64,000 nt of DNA, from the NCBI RefSeq assembly GCF_026210795.1, contig NC_089436.1:1860001-1924000 (forward strand), read 5' to 3'. The stretch comes from Rhizophagus irregularis (Eukaryota). Below, piece by piece: positions 37,916 to 51,862 of this stretch; the first letter of the stretch is position 1; each line of letters opens with the position of its first letter. The notes under the pieces were generated by a model, which searched no databases, was not told the DNA's origin, and saw only the letters and a list, made by a program, of their open reading frames with translations. Position numbers and translations under genes: made by a program.

Positions 37916-39000
37916 TTAAATTTGCAATGAAATCAAAAAGTCAATAATAGAATTTAAAACTTCTTGAGGTTTTTCATCTTGAGGTAAATGACCACATTCA
38001 TTTATTACTTTGAATTCCATTTTAAAATTTGGATGAGAAGTTGAAGAAGTCGGAGTTGAAGCAATTTCATCAAATACCTCCCTGTGTTTATCAACATGTA
38101 AATATCTATCATCATCACCTGATATATATAATATTGGTTTTTGCGTTAAAATATCTTTGTTAGGAAGAATATTTAATGGTACAAAATACTTCATTAACCA
38201 TGAAAATGATTCATAAAAATTTGGTAAAGTTAATGGAACTCGATAAGTTGGTTTTACTACAGTTTCCCAATCAGGAATTGAGTTTGTATTGTGATAAAAT
38301 AATGTGAGTGGTAGGTATTGATATAATGCAATTTTTATGAAAAGTCGTCCCGGAGCTGAACCTAATATATGTCGACCGATTGGCGGTGGGCCTAAGAAAG
38401 AAAGAAAAAAAGATTTCAATTTCTTTTTTTTTAAAAAAAAATTTTTTACACATATAAATTATATATAATATTTTTACCTTGGTCTTCGGGTCTTATGGAA
38501 GGAGCTATTAAAATTAAAGAATGGACTAAATCTGGATATTTTATGGCGATGGCACAAATTATTCCGCCACCACCAGATACTCCAGCGAATGCGATTTTCC
38601 TATTTTTATAGCCCAAATTAGCCACAAGTTGTACCGCAAAATCTACAGATGCTTCTTGAGTATAAGGATTTTGTCCTTCTTCCCATTTAGTGGGTCTCTC
38701 AGTAAAACCAAAAGTTGGTCTATCATAAGCTATAACATGACATCCCGTAGCATCAGCTAAAGGTTGCATATGATGTCTCCAGGTATATAGATTTCCAAGA
38801 ATATGATGTAGTAAAAGAATTACGGGTTTATTTGTTTCATTCGGAATAAAATGTTGATTTTGTAATAAATGTTTATGACTTTGTGGGATTACTTTTTTAT
38901 AATATGTTTGAATTCCATTGACTTCAATAAAACGTCCTTCTGGGTCTGATGAAGATGCTATTGATTCAAGAAAAACTCTTTGAACCGATGGAAGTGCCAT
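37916..39000 (-). CDS. Alpha/beta hydrolase (Abhydrolase_1/6 type), 2 exons
   Basis: ILLLHHILG, VIAYDRPTFGFTERP, nucleophile elbow GVSGG, ISGDDD, CGHLPQDEKP. Confidence 0.9.
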
Positions 39001-39712
39001 GAAGGGATTTTTTTTCGTGGTAAGGAAAAAGAATGAAAATTAAAAAGAAACCTAAATGATAGGGAGAGAAAAGAATAAAAATTTATTATTTAAATAGGTG
39101 GTTTAAATACTAATGAATACAATGTATATTGACATTCGAAAGCCGATGCAAATCACTTTTTTTTTTTGTGTAAAAACATGCATCATGCACAACATAATCA
39201 TTAGGAGAATTATATAATATTTATTTATATTGATTAAAGAACTTTTTCAATTTAAATATTTGAGATTAATTATGTTCAAAGATCGGTAATGACGTATTTA
39301 ACTTATGGTTACCCTTTCATGATAATTATATAATAATAAGGTGTCACAATGTCAATATTCATATATCATAGCGTGAAAATCAAGAAAAGTTTAAACGGAA
39401 GAACATTTATGCGAGTTTCTTGTGAGATTAAATTAATCCCAATATTTGTAAATAAGTCGTAATAATAGTTAATCTTTTTAAAGAAAATAATTTGTGTTTA
39501 TTCTTCATAGGCAGAAATTAGAAATTTCCCTTCCTGCATTATCGCAGATCGAAATTTTGCTTAACTATAATCGGTTGGAGTAGTTTTATTGATTGGTGCA
39601 AATTCCCATATGAAATTTGCATCTAAATAAATAAATTCTTTTTGTAGCACTATTGAATATTAGAGATCGGGTTAACTTTATTGTTTTACAATTTTGCTTT
39701 AATTCTTTAGCA

Positions 39713-40242
39713 ATGACTAGATTTGTTAGTTTATATTACGAAGTATTCGGTAAAGTACAAGGTAAATCCATTCATCCATTTTGTCATTTGTTCTTTTTTT
39801 AAAATTGACTTTTCATCAATTTCTTTTTTAAATAGGAGTATGGTTTCGAAAATACACAAAAGACAAAGTGAATGAATTAAAACTTGTTGGATACGTAAAA
39901 AATACGGGTTCATTATAATCTTATAATATGTTTCTTTAATTATGTTTACAAAAAATACTCATTTAGCTTAATTATTATTTTTAGAAAGAGGTACAGTAAG
40001 CGGAATCGCACAAGGTGAAAGAGAAAAAATCGAAATTTTGTAAGATAATTAATATAAACATACTACTATTTTTTTAAAAAAAAATAAATAAAAGGGGATT
40101 ATTTTAATATTAAATTTAATTATTATATAGTAAAAAATGGTTACAATATGAAGGATCACCTTCATCCAGAATTGATAAAACCACTTTACAAGAAGAAGAA
40201 ATTGAAAAAGTTGAATTTCATGGATTTGAAATTAAACATTAA
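39713..40242 (+). CDS. Acylphosphatase, 4 exons (~95 aa), absent from the ORF track
   Basis: Exons 39713-39761, 39836-39907, 39985-40039, 40131-40242 give MTRFVSLYYEVFGKVQGVWFRKYT...LVGYVKNTERGTVSGIAQG...WLQYEGSPSSRIDK; GxVQGVxFR and GYVKN signatures. Confidence 0.93.
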
Positions 40243-40289
40243 TAATAATCTTTACATTATAATCTATCTTCAGATTGATTATTATACTC

Positions 40290-41633
40290 TCATTTATTTC
40301 TATTATTCATTTCTTCTTCAGTATTTCCATTATTCACTTCACTACTTTCATTGTTTTCATGAGTATTATTTCTATTACCTACTTCATTTAATCCCATTTC
40401 TAAATCTCTATTATTATCACTAACATTTGGAACTTCATCTTGATCATCAATAGCATCCCAATCTTCTAAATACTTATAATGACCAGGTATATTATCAGTT
40501 CCATCTCCTGCTCCAAGAAACCAATCATTATTACCAAAATGTAATCTATATGAAATTAATGCTGTACCAATTCCTATTAAGGCTCCTACTATTATTTGAA
40601 ATGGAAAATGTCTGTAATCCATTATTCTTGTTAAAGATATCCATGTTGCAAAATATAAAGGTAATAAAAGTACTAAAATTTTCCATAAATGAGCTCCCCC
40701 TGTCCATGGTTTTGATTTTCCATTAATATATAATACAAAAAATACCCAACCAGCAAATGCTGTAGATGAATGTCCACTTGGAAATCTAAAAATTGTTATT
40801 AAAAATAAATAAATAAAAATAAATAAAAGAATTAATTTTTTAAATGTATTCTCACCCTTGATATTCTACTTTACTTAATTTACTTGTACAAATTTCATTT
40901 GTAAAGTAAGTTTGAGTTATATTCATTGCTACTACTTTTGACATGTCTGGTTGACACTTTGTTAAGAATGTCGGACGAAGTCCCAAATGGCCTAAAATAG
41001 ACACGATACTTTAATTTGATTTGAAAGATAAAAAAGATACTAAAAACTTACTTCCAACAGTTACCCATCCAAGCGCAGTTGTAAATAATCCTAGTCCTAA
41101 TAATAAAAAATTGTCATTAAGATTATACGGTGGCGCAGTAATAAAGTTTGTTAGAAATGGTTTTGATTTTACCAAAACTTGTGATATGACCTATTATCAT
41201 ATGATAAAAATCCCAAAAATCATAAAAGAAAATCAATTCCAACAAAATCATAATAACACCAGGTAAAACTGTATTTATTAATGTAGCTAATGTTGAAGAA
41301 ACAATTTCTTCTACAACTGGACCTTTCAACGAATTATCATTTACTGAAAAGTAAGCAATAGGTGGTTGAGGATTTTTAAAGAGCCTAAAATAATAATGAA
41401 AATAAATAATTTTTTTGATTAAAAAAATAAAATTAATAAAAAAATTACCAATCTGTCAAAGCATATATAATAATGATGAGAGCCCAATCCAAAGAAATTC
41501 CGATATAAATGTGTTTTCTTCTTGATGGGAAATTCCATGGTGACCATTTACGTGATTTTAAAAGTTTTGGATCATAATATCTGTTTGGTAACTTTACTAA
41601 TGGAAACCACCTTTTCATTTTTGACGAAACCAT
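40290..41633 (-). CDS. PAP2-family lipid phosphate phosphatase-like membrane protein, multi-exon
   Basis: LRPTFLTKCQP, FPSGHSSTAFAGW, TRIMDYRHFPFQIIVGALIG. Confidence 0.88.
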
Positions 41634-43261
41634 TATTTTGTTAAAAAATAAATTATGATGATTTTGAAAATTTTTATATCACTTTTTAACAGCATTGTGT
41701 AACCAAATAATGAATAACGTATTTATGACGGTATTGTGCCTTTTTTTTGAGTGGTGTTTGATATATTTGGTAGTCTCTATAATTCTAGTAATAATTAATT
41801 AATTAATTATATCTGATATAACCAGGTTTCGTTAGAAATTTTTGAATAAATTGAAACTTATCCTATTATTTATTCACAAAGACATTGTACTATATGTTGA
41901 TCTTTTCGAGTTTGGGGGATTTATAATCCTATTTATATTCTGACATTTGTAACCATTATCAGATTTGTGATCTATTAATCTAACAAATTTATAATTTGAA
42001 ACAAAAAGTAAATATTATTTATCTTTTATAATTATATAAACTATTTATTACCATTTATATTAGAATTACTGTTGCACTTTGGCATATGAAAACACTCGGA
42101 TGGTAATGACGTTACTACGAATAAACCACAAAAAGTTATGCATATATGCAAGTTTTAATTAAACTCGCGAATAATAACTGTGGGACACGATATTTTAATG
42201 TAGTAATATTAAAGTTCGTTAGTCAAAAAATTGTTGATTAGTGTGACTAATTTAAACAAAAATCCTATAAATTATAATTTTCTTTGATTGAATGATAAAA
42301 TGTAATTCCCGACATAAAATTTGATCACGTGTTTATATGTTCGCTTTTTATTCGAGTCAAATTACCGATAAATTATATATATTTTTTTGTCTTTGTATCT
42401 GTCGTTGTCCTAAAAATAAAAATATATATATATATATTTGTCTAAATGATCGTAAACATCCCCTTTTTTTGTTAGGAGCTTCGCGTGAAAAAGTTTGGGG
42501 AAAGTAATTGATTTCAATCACGTTTTTGATTAGGTATTCAAACACTATAGACCTAATTATTTTATGGTACACAAGATTACTATTTTGTATCTGAATTAAA
42601 CGACTATTAAATTGTTTTGCCATTAATTTAAATTTGAAACGAGATTGTTCTCATTATTATTGTATTATGTTATATATTATGTGATAATTCAAGAAGGGAT
42701 CGTCAAATACTTAATTGATTGAGGTGATAAAATAAGAATCTCTGCTAAAATGTACTGTAGATGATTATTTAATTTTATATACTTTATTTGTTACATACGA
42801 TTTTATCCATAATAAATTTAAACCTGCCAAGCATTTTGAAACTGGAAAAATCTTGGCACAGTCAAAAAACGATCAGACCTTTTTTTATACTGTTTATATT
42901 TTGTGTAATATAAAATTTTGATTCTTATCTAATTCTGGGTAAAAAAAAATCTTTAATTTTTATAATATCACATTAGTGGTTCAAGTTCTCATATATAAAC
43001 ATATTGTACTTGCCAAATGCCAACAATTCTTACTTGGATATTTTTAGATTCGTCGAAACCAATTTTGTTCTAAGGTAAGTATTAAAAAAGTTTTTATAAC
43101 AAAAATAACTTACTACAATTTAAAGTAATACCCGCAAAATTTTTTTTTTTTCGATTTTTTTTTATATGGAGATTTTCACATTTTTTACACCAAACATTAT
43201 TGAATACGAAATATTTTTCTTTTTTTTTAGAGCAAAGAAAAAAAAAGTTTAATTTATTCAC

Positions 43262-46200
43262 ATGGAGGGAAATGACCCACCAACTGATGTACCATTAGTT
43301 ACTTTTGACGAACCCAATAACACTCAAACGACGTTCCTTACCGCAAATAATAATAACAATGGCGAGCAAATACGCATGCGTGGGCGTTCAAATACAACTT
43401 CACAAAATCCTGTAACAATACTCGATCCCGGATTTCGTAGAAGGTCCAGATCAATATCACCTTCACATGATTTTAATAATAATAATAGAGAAATTAATTT
43501 ATATCGGAGCCGTACATTAGGTCATTCTTATAATTCACCTACAACAAGGCCTTCGATGACAACTTCAAGGACATTCATAGATTCGTCAGATCAAGACGTT
43601 GATTTACATGCTCATGAATCTTCGATAACCTTCCAACCAATTCGAATGCCATCATTTTTGAATATGAGAAGAAATAACATGTTACCCGATGATGATATTG
43701 TCGAGATGTCAGATGTACCAAGACGTGAAAGTTTTTCTAGTGAGTTAGGCTTTAGATATAATGATGATGATGAAGGATTCGATCATATTGACGAGAGCGA
43801 TACGGCAAAACTAACAAAAAATCGTGTGGATCATTCATTAGGCTCCTCTACAAATTTACCAGTCTCAAATGAAAGTCAAGAATTCGCTCCTTCGAACGGA
43901 AAGAATAATAAAAAAAATGTTCTAAGACATACCAAAAGTCTCGGTAGAATGAGTCAAATGCTTGCAAGAGCTTCCACTCGTGTTGTAAATATGGCTAATG
44001 CTTCACAAGAACAGCTTGAAAAAGAAGAGTTGGATTCTAATGTTCATTCCAGAACTTCAAGTCATAAAAGTTGGAAAAGTAATCGTTTTTCTGATAAAAA
44101 TAGCCCTACCCTCAATAACAATTTTAATTCTTCACAACATAAGTCAAAAAGGTTCCCATCGGGTCAATTTAACGATAGGAGCCCTCAGACAATTTATAAT
44201 TTACAGTCACAGTCTCCTTTGGAAGGACGTTCGTTATATATATTCGGACCAACAAATCCAATTAGGCTCTTATTATATGAAGTTATAAATCATCCGTAAG
44301 TATAATTTTTGTGATTATGTAAGATGCTTAATTATACTTTTTAAATTTTTTTTTATTTTATCTACGATAAATTTGATCTTCATAATAATTTTTTTTTTTA
44401 GATGGACAGAATCAATTATCTTAGGTCTTATAATAACACATATTTTGTTATTAATTATCGATGCATGGACTCCAGTTACGGATAGCAATCCACGTAGGAC
44501 TAAATGGGGATCATCAGGAATTGATTATGCTTTATTAGTAATTTTTATAATATACACGTAAGAGAAATTTGATCCCCCCCTTTTTTTTAGGTTTTTTTCT
44601 TTTATTTACTTATGTTATTTATGATAATATTTTAGTTTGGAAATTATTGCGCGTATTATAGTATCAGGTTTAATAATAAGTCCAGTGCAAAATGAAATCA
44701 TGTCAAAACATGATGTTAGAGAAGCGTCAACGGATTCACAATATTCGCAGATGTCAAATCAATATGTTTCAAGAGTTATAGCACATAAGTCAGCAATGAA
44801 TACAGCGTTCCTTAGGCATACTTTTAACAGAATTGATTTACTTGCAGTAGTATCTTATTGGATTGATTTGTTGATTACTTTAGTAGGAGTGCAGCATTTC
44901 TTCTTATTTAAAGCAATTTCAACTTTAAGAAGTTTGAGATTATTGGCTATTACAAGTGGATGTGCAACTATCCTGCAATCACTGAAAAAAAGTGCCCCGT
45001 TATTGGTTAATGTGACATCTTTTATTGGATTTTTTTTTATATTGTTAAGTATAATTGGAGTACAGGCATTCAAAGGATCGTTTTCTAGAAGATGTGTATG
45101 GAAAGATATAAATAATCCATCAAATGTTTATCTTCATGAAGACCAATATTGTGGAGGATGGATGGATATAGATGGATCGATAAAATCAGTTGGGGTATCA
45201 GGTTCTCTCGGCGGAAAAGGATTTATTTGTCCTATTGGTCAAATTTGCGAGGAAGTGGGAAATCCTTCCGGTGGATTGGCATCTTTTGATAATGTGTTTT
45301 TTTCCATGATTTTAGTTTTTGTAATTTCAACAAGTATGTACTATTTAATAATCTATTTATTTATTAATATTAAACAAATTTTTCTCACAAAAAATTTTAA
45401 CATTTTTAGTTCAAAATTGGACGGAACTTATGTATCGTGTGATGGATTCAGATTTTGCTTTTGCAAGCATATTCTTTATCTTAACTGTAGTTATTTTAAA
45501 TTTTTGGTTAATTAATTTATTCGTGGCTGTGATTACAAAAATGTTTGCAAAAATTCGAGAAGATACATCACATTCTGCCTTTACATTATCCAAGTAATAT
45601 AGAATTTTTTTGAAGTTTGTTTTTATTTTTTTTATATAAAAAAAACTAATAATTAAATATAATGTATTTTTTAAGATCAACACCGATTTTATCTGACGAT
45701 ACGGAAGGTTGGACACTACAAGATGGAAAACAAATGACTAAAACTAGTTGGTTTGCTCGTAGGATGGATGAGACAGTTTATGTTTGGATCGTTTTAATAT
45801 TTGCTGATTTATTTATAATGGCATTTCGAACTTCTAATATGTCAGCTGAAAAGAGTTTTATTTTAGGTAATTATTTATGCTTATTTTCCCTTTTTTTTAT
45901 TTTAATTCGTAAACTTAAATATTTTTATTTTTTTCAGATCGCGTAGAATTAATATTTACAATAGTATTTGCAATAGAAATAATATTGAGATTTTTTTCAT
46001 ATTTGCCAAAATACCACTTATTTTTCCAGTCCACAAAAAATATTGTTGATTTTACATTGGCTATTGTAACATGTATTATACAATTACCTTTTATTAAAGA
46101 ATCTGTAATCTATCCTTACTTAACTCTATTTCAAATTCTCAGAGTTTATAGAGTTATTGTTGCAATTCCTAGATTGAGAGATTTATTGGTAAATTCTTTT

Positions 46201-49200
46201 AAAAAAATTGATTTTATGAAATTATATATTTTAACCCATTTTTCTAATGATTATTTATAAATTGATTTTTAGGTTAGAGTTTTAGGAAGTGTGGCAGGTT
46301 TTGCAAATTTAGTTTTATTCATTTTTATTGTTAATTTCATTGCAGCTATAATCGTAAGTATATGATATGAACGATTTATTAAGTTTTAGCAGGTAATTTT
46401 CGGTTAACATAGGTGTCAATATATGTAGGGGGTACAATTGTTGAGAGGATCTATTCCAGATGGTAACACAATGAGATTTAGTGATATTTTTAACAGTTTC
46501 TTGGCCCTGTATCAGGTAACATTAAATTATTATGGTTGTTCTTTTTTTTTCCTTTTCCTTTTCCTTTTTTTTTTGGTGTACTAATTTCTCGTTATTTATT
46601 TGGTATAATCAGTTGTTTTCGGGTGAAGATTGGACAGTTGTATTATATAATACAATGCAGTTTGAATCTGAAAAAGGGAGTAAAGGTACAGCCATTATAT
46701 CAGTCATATTCTTAATAATATATGTCAGTCTATCAAACTGTAAGTCAAAAATAAAATTTATTTAATTTAATAGGCTATTTGATTTATGTTTATATATAAT
46801 AACTTTTTTGTTCCTGATAGTTATCCTGTTGACTATGTTTATTGCTGTTCTACAAGAGAATTTTGAAATTGCGGAAGAACAAAAACACAAAATACAGCTA
46901 CAAACATTTAAACGTGATGTTGATCCAAAAGAAAAGAAAGATGACGTTATTTATAGATGGAATTTTTATAAATACTTCCAAGCCAAACCAAAAGCTTTGG
47001 CTGTTGAAAATATTCCATATAATTTGATCTTGCATACACAAAAAAGTCGAGTAAGAGATTTTTTGACTGATAACGATAATTCTACTGGAAAAAAGAATAT
47101 CACTGGGAATAAGAAGACTTCAACCAATTTTGTGATTCGTCTTAAACAATATTTTGGATATCATGATGAAATAGATAAAGTGCCTTTGCTTGAGAGAACA
47201 ACTGACTTTGGCGAACCAATTACTGATAGATCTACAGAAGCATTTATGGATGATTTTCAAGAACATCAAGCCATTAAAGCTGATTTCTTGGCAGCACACC
47301 CAAATTACGATGCATCACTTTGGTTTTTATCTCCTCGTAATCGATTTCGAAGATTTTGCCAACTTCTTGTTGAACCTAGTCATGGCGACCGTGTATATGG
47401 CACATCACCTTCACCAACATGGAATTTTGTATTTAATGCATTCATCTATTTATGCATTATTGCAAGTGTTGCTTTCGCTGCATTTGCAAATATGTCATAT
47501 CAAAAAGAGTATTTTGAAAAAAATGGTGATGTAAAATACCCATGGTTTTGGATTACGGATGCTATGTTTACAGGAATATTTACTGTAGAATTCATTATTA
47601 AAATTATTGCCGACGGATTTCTTTTAACTCCAAATGCATATTTACTTGATGTTTGGAATCAGTTAGATTTCTTTGTGCTTATCACTCTTTATATCAACAT
47701 TTCAATCTCAGCAACAAGCACTGGAGGTGTTGCAAAAACCGTTCGTGCATTTAAAGCTTTACGTGCGCTTAGATTGATCAAATTTTCCAGTTCGATGAAA
47801 GATATATTTTATTCTATTTTGATTGCGGGAGCTCCCCGTATTATTGATGCGTCATTACTTTCCATAAGCTTAGTGATACCTTTTGCGATTTATGGAGTTA
47901 ATATTTTTGCCGGGTTATTCTTTTATTGTAATGACGATGACGATTCCATAGTAACAAATGATCAATGTATAGATGAATTTGACAATAGTATATATAATTT
48001 TAATGTATTGATGCCAAGAGTATGGAGTAACCCTTTTGGGTATAATTTTGATGATTTTAAATCGGCTTTACTTATATTATTTGAAATTATTTCTGGAGAA
48101 GGGTGGATAGATGTTATGGCAACATCTATGAATATTGTGGGACGAGATTTTTCTCCACAATCTAATGTTTCCAAATGGAATGCGTTATTTTTTATTTTTT
48201 TTAATTTAGCTGGATCTGTATTTGTTTTGACATTATTTGTAAGCGTAATCATTTCCAATTATCAATTGAAATCTGGGATGGCTTATTTAACTGCCGATCA
48301 AAAACGATGGGTCGATCTGAAGAAGTTGTTGAAACAAATTACGCCTTCAAAAATTCCAAAGAGACGACCTAGTAATAGATTTAGAGCTTTATGTTTTGAT
48401 TATGCAACAGAAAAGCGTGGAACCCTTTCAAAGATTATGAGTATTATTTATATTTTGCATATTTTATTATTAATGACTGAAATAAAAAGTACTTCACATC
48501 TTTGGGATAATATTAGAGGTATTTATATTTATTATTCATTAATTTGAGAATAAAAATTTTGTTTAACAATTTTACTCTTTTATTTTTTACAGATGTCGTA
48601 TTTATAATTTTCATTGTAATTTATGTACTCGAATTGTCCGCTAAAGCTATTGGTCTAGGATGGAAAGTGTTTCATAATAAGTGGAATGTATTTGATTTTA
48701 TTGTGATTACTGGAGCAGCGGCTACGACAATTTCAGTTCTAGCATTGAGAAATAGTAGAATAATGACTCAAGCTCAAAATATATTTTTAGTGTTGATTTG
48801 TCTAAAACTATTTCAAAAAAGTGATGTTATGAATCAATTATTTAAAAATATGATGTAAGTTTTATTAAGAAAATTTTTATCAAATAATGCATCGTTTAAT
48901 GTGTATTAATAATTTTACGTTCTATTTTTAAGCGGGAGTTTACCTTCAATTCTCAATTTATTTGCAGTCTGGTCTATTATATTTGTCGTGTACACTATCA
49001 TGTTTATGGAAATTTTTGGATTAACAAAATTTGGAACTAATGAAGGTAGACATGTAAATTTCAGGCAATTTCCAACTGCAATTACAACCCTTGTTAGAAT
49101 GTCAACTGGGTAAGCTATTTTCTAAAGGTAAAAAATTTGATGTACTTGAGAGACATATAATTCTTACCACTTTTTATTGAAAATTATTTAGTGAGGGCTG

Positions 49201-51066
49201 GAATTCAATCATGCATGATTTTGCAGTTGAACCACCAAATTGTGTAGATGATGAAAATAACATATTTGGATCAGATTGTGGAAGTAAAGTGTGGTCATAT
49301 ATATTATTCATAAGCTGGAATGTATTGTCGATGTATATTTTTGCGAATATGTTTATTGTGGTAGTTTCGGACAATTTCTCGTATTGTTATCAAATTGCTG
49401 CAGATTTTTCATTAGTTACTCGTGATGAAATCAGAGGATATCCTTTTCTTCAATGGGATTGCTTTTTATTTTTAATTTTTTTTTTTTTTTGGTTTATTTC
49501 CTTAACCGAAGTTTATTATTTACGTTCAAGAAAGCTTGGAAGGATGTTGATGTTGACAGAACTGGATACATAAAAAGCAATGAAATCGCAAAATTTTTCT
49601 CGGTAAAAAATTTTTTTTTTACATGGTTATTAATTTGTATTTATATATTTTTTTGAAATATTATTTGGTATTTATTGTCGATGTATTTTATAACAGAAAC
49701 TTAATGGATCGTTTCGAGTTCGAATTTATGATGATGAATTTCTTGTGCCATATCTTATAAAAAATTCCACTGTTATTGTTACACATGAGGAAGGACCACT
49801 AGGACAAATATGGGGTACTAATAAACAAAAAAATAGTTTAATCGAAGTTGAAAATCTTGACATCAGAAAATTAGAACGAAATTTATCAAAAATTAATACA
49901 AGTCAAATTTATGAACGTAGAAAAATTTATAATCAAATATATCAGGTAAATTGAACGTATGAATTTTAAATAGTTTATATCTGGGAAATTTATTTTATTT
50001 ATGTTCGTTTATTTATTCGTATCTTTTAGGAAGCATTACTATCAGTTGAAAAGGATTCCGATGGAAATGAAAAGGGGATTTCGTTTACTAATATGCTCAT
50101 AATGTTTGCGCATTATAGACTGATTAACGACGACCAATGTTTAGAGTAAGTTAAAGTATAAGTGAATTTTACTTTAGAAAATAGAAGTTTACTAAATTGT
50201 TTTTACTCATCATATTATATATAGAATTCACGAATACATAAAACGTAAAGAAAAGTTAGAAAGAGTTAATGACAATGTTAATAAAGACCTCGTCAAATCT
50301 TTATTACGAACAATTTATTGGCGTAAGAAATTCAAAATGATTAGAGAACGACGATTAAGAGTTGAAAGACATAGTGAAACAACAGCAAATGGTATTGGCG
50401 GTAAGTTTAATTATTAACTATTCATTGATTTTTATATACATTTAAACTAATTATTTTTTTTTTAATTTAGTTCCACGCATTATGGTTAATGATTCCGATG
50501 CACAAACTCTGAGAATCGATACAAATTTAAGTAGAGGTTCGCAAACACGTAATATAAGGGGCACTCCAAGCCCGGTTTCTTCGACTGGTACACCAATATC
50601 ATCTCAAACACCTGTTTCTCCTGTTTCTCCTGGTTCACCTAATTCCGTTAATTCCGATCATCATATTTCTGATTACTTGGACTATTTCAGTTCGAGATCT
50701 TCATTCAGACGTTCTTCTGGAGAATATTCTTCAAGAATATCAAGTGATATGTAAGTTATTAGAAAATTTAATTTGTTTCTACTATAATTGTTAATCATAA
50801 TCTTTTTGTTTATTTCAAGTGTAAGTAATGAAGGAGAAAATTCGTTTGAAGAAAGTTGGAATTTAATTGATGCTAATACTGAAATGGATGATCAAACTGC
50901 TAATCAACTGTTAAATAATTTACAAAATAACTATTGGCATGGTAAGTCCTTTATTTAAAAGTATTTTACCAAATATATCTTTAATATTAATGAAATATAT
51001 TCAATTCTATTTTTAGATGTTTTACAAGAAATGTCAAATAACGATTCAATGCAAAATAATGTATAA
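43262..51066 (+). CDS. CCH1: CCH1-type four-domain calcium channel alpha subunit, many exons
   Basis: Four S1-S6 repeats with S4 LRSLRLL, LRVYRV, FKALRALRLI; pore loops IQNW, GEDW, GEGW, GEGW (N-E-E-E filter); WNVLSMYIFANMF; EF-hand-like DVDRTGYI. Confidence 0.95.
49438..49523 (+). other. U12-type AT-AC intron in CCH1
   Basis: 5'ss ATATCCTTTT, branch TTTCCTTAAC 49497-49506, 3' AC; removal gives in-frame DEIRG/FKKAWKDVD. Confidence 0.93.
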
Positions 51067-51541
51067 TATTTTTTTCTTAATTAATCTAATTTTTTAGCGG
51101 TAATGGTAATGGTAATAATAATTTATAGATTGGTTGGGCGATATATACACAACACATATATAATTAATTTTATTAAAATATTCTTATTATATAATAATTA
51201 GTATTATTTATTTATTTTTTTTAAACAAAAAGTAGTCGAATAAATGTAGTATATTAATCAAAATGTAATTAATATTAAAGGACTTAAGCCAAAATACGAC
51301 GGATTTTTTGAAAAAACTTTTGTAAATATTACAATAGTTATCATGTAGTATTACTATTAGAGTCATGTGATTTTTTTTTTTTAAGCATAATAGTAAAATG
51401 TATGTTATAATGATCGACAAAACAAGTTATATAAAAGATGAGGACTTTTGTCGGAAATTGGATGAAATTTTTTTTAAATCGAACAAATTTTTTACTGAAA
51501 AATAATGAATTTTTTTTAAAAAATAAATTGTTTTTTAGAAA

Positions 51542-51614
51542 CGAGGCGCATGGGACTCGAACCCACAATCCCCAGATCCGAAGTCTGATGCCTTATCCAT
51601 TAGGCCAACGCCCC
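51542..51614 (-). tRNA. tRNA-Arg (anticodon UCG), intronless
   Basis: GGGGCGTTGGCCTAATGGATAAGGCATCAGACTTCGGATCTGGGGATTGTGGGTTCGAGTCCCATGCGCCTCG folds to a cloverleaf; T-loop GTTCGAG; anticodon loop CTTCGGA. Confidence 0.95.
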
Positions 51615-51862
51615 AATATCGATATTGGAAGTTGTACAAATAAGAACATTTTAAATTCATAATTTTGTAAAAATACAATGAAACGATCCGATCCGAGTTA
51701 CCGAGTAAATAATCCGGACCCTATTTGATCGACATTTAAAGATTGTGTTGATCAAATCTCGAAATTTTTTTTCTCCTTTTTAAACTAAAAACAATAATTT
51801 TCGCGTCAAAAAAACCCAAATAAACCCTCATTACTTCAAATTCTAAGTTTTTGTAAAAAGCA

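Noticed and set aside
39731..39913. Minus-strand 60-aa ORF
   Set aside because: Antisense to acylphosphatase exons
51341..51662. Short ORFs on both strands
   Set aside because: They overlap tRNA-Arg and poly-A/T tracts; not protein-like
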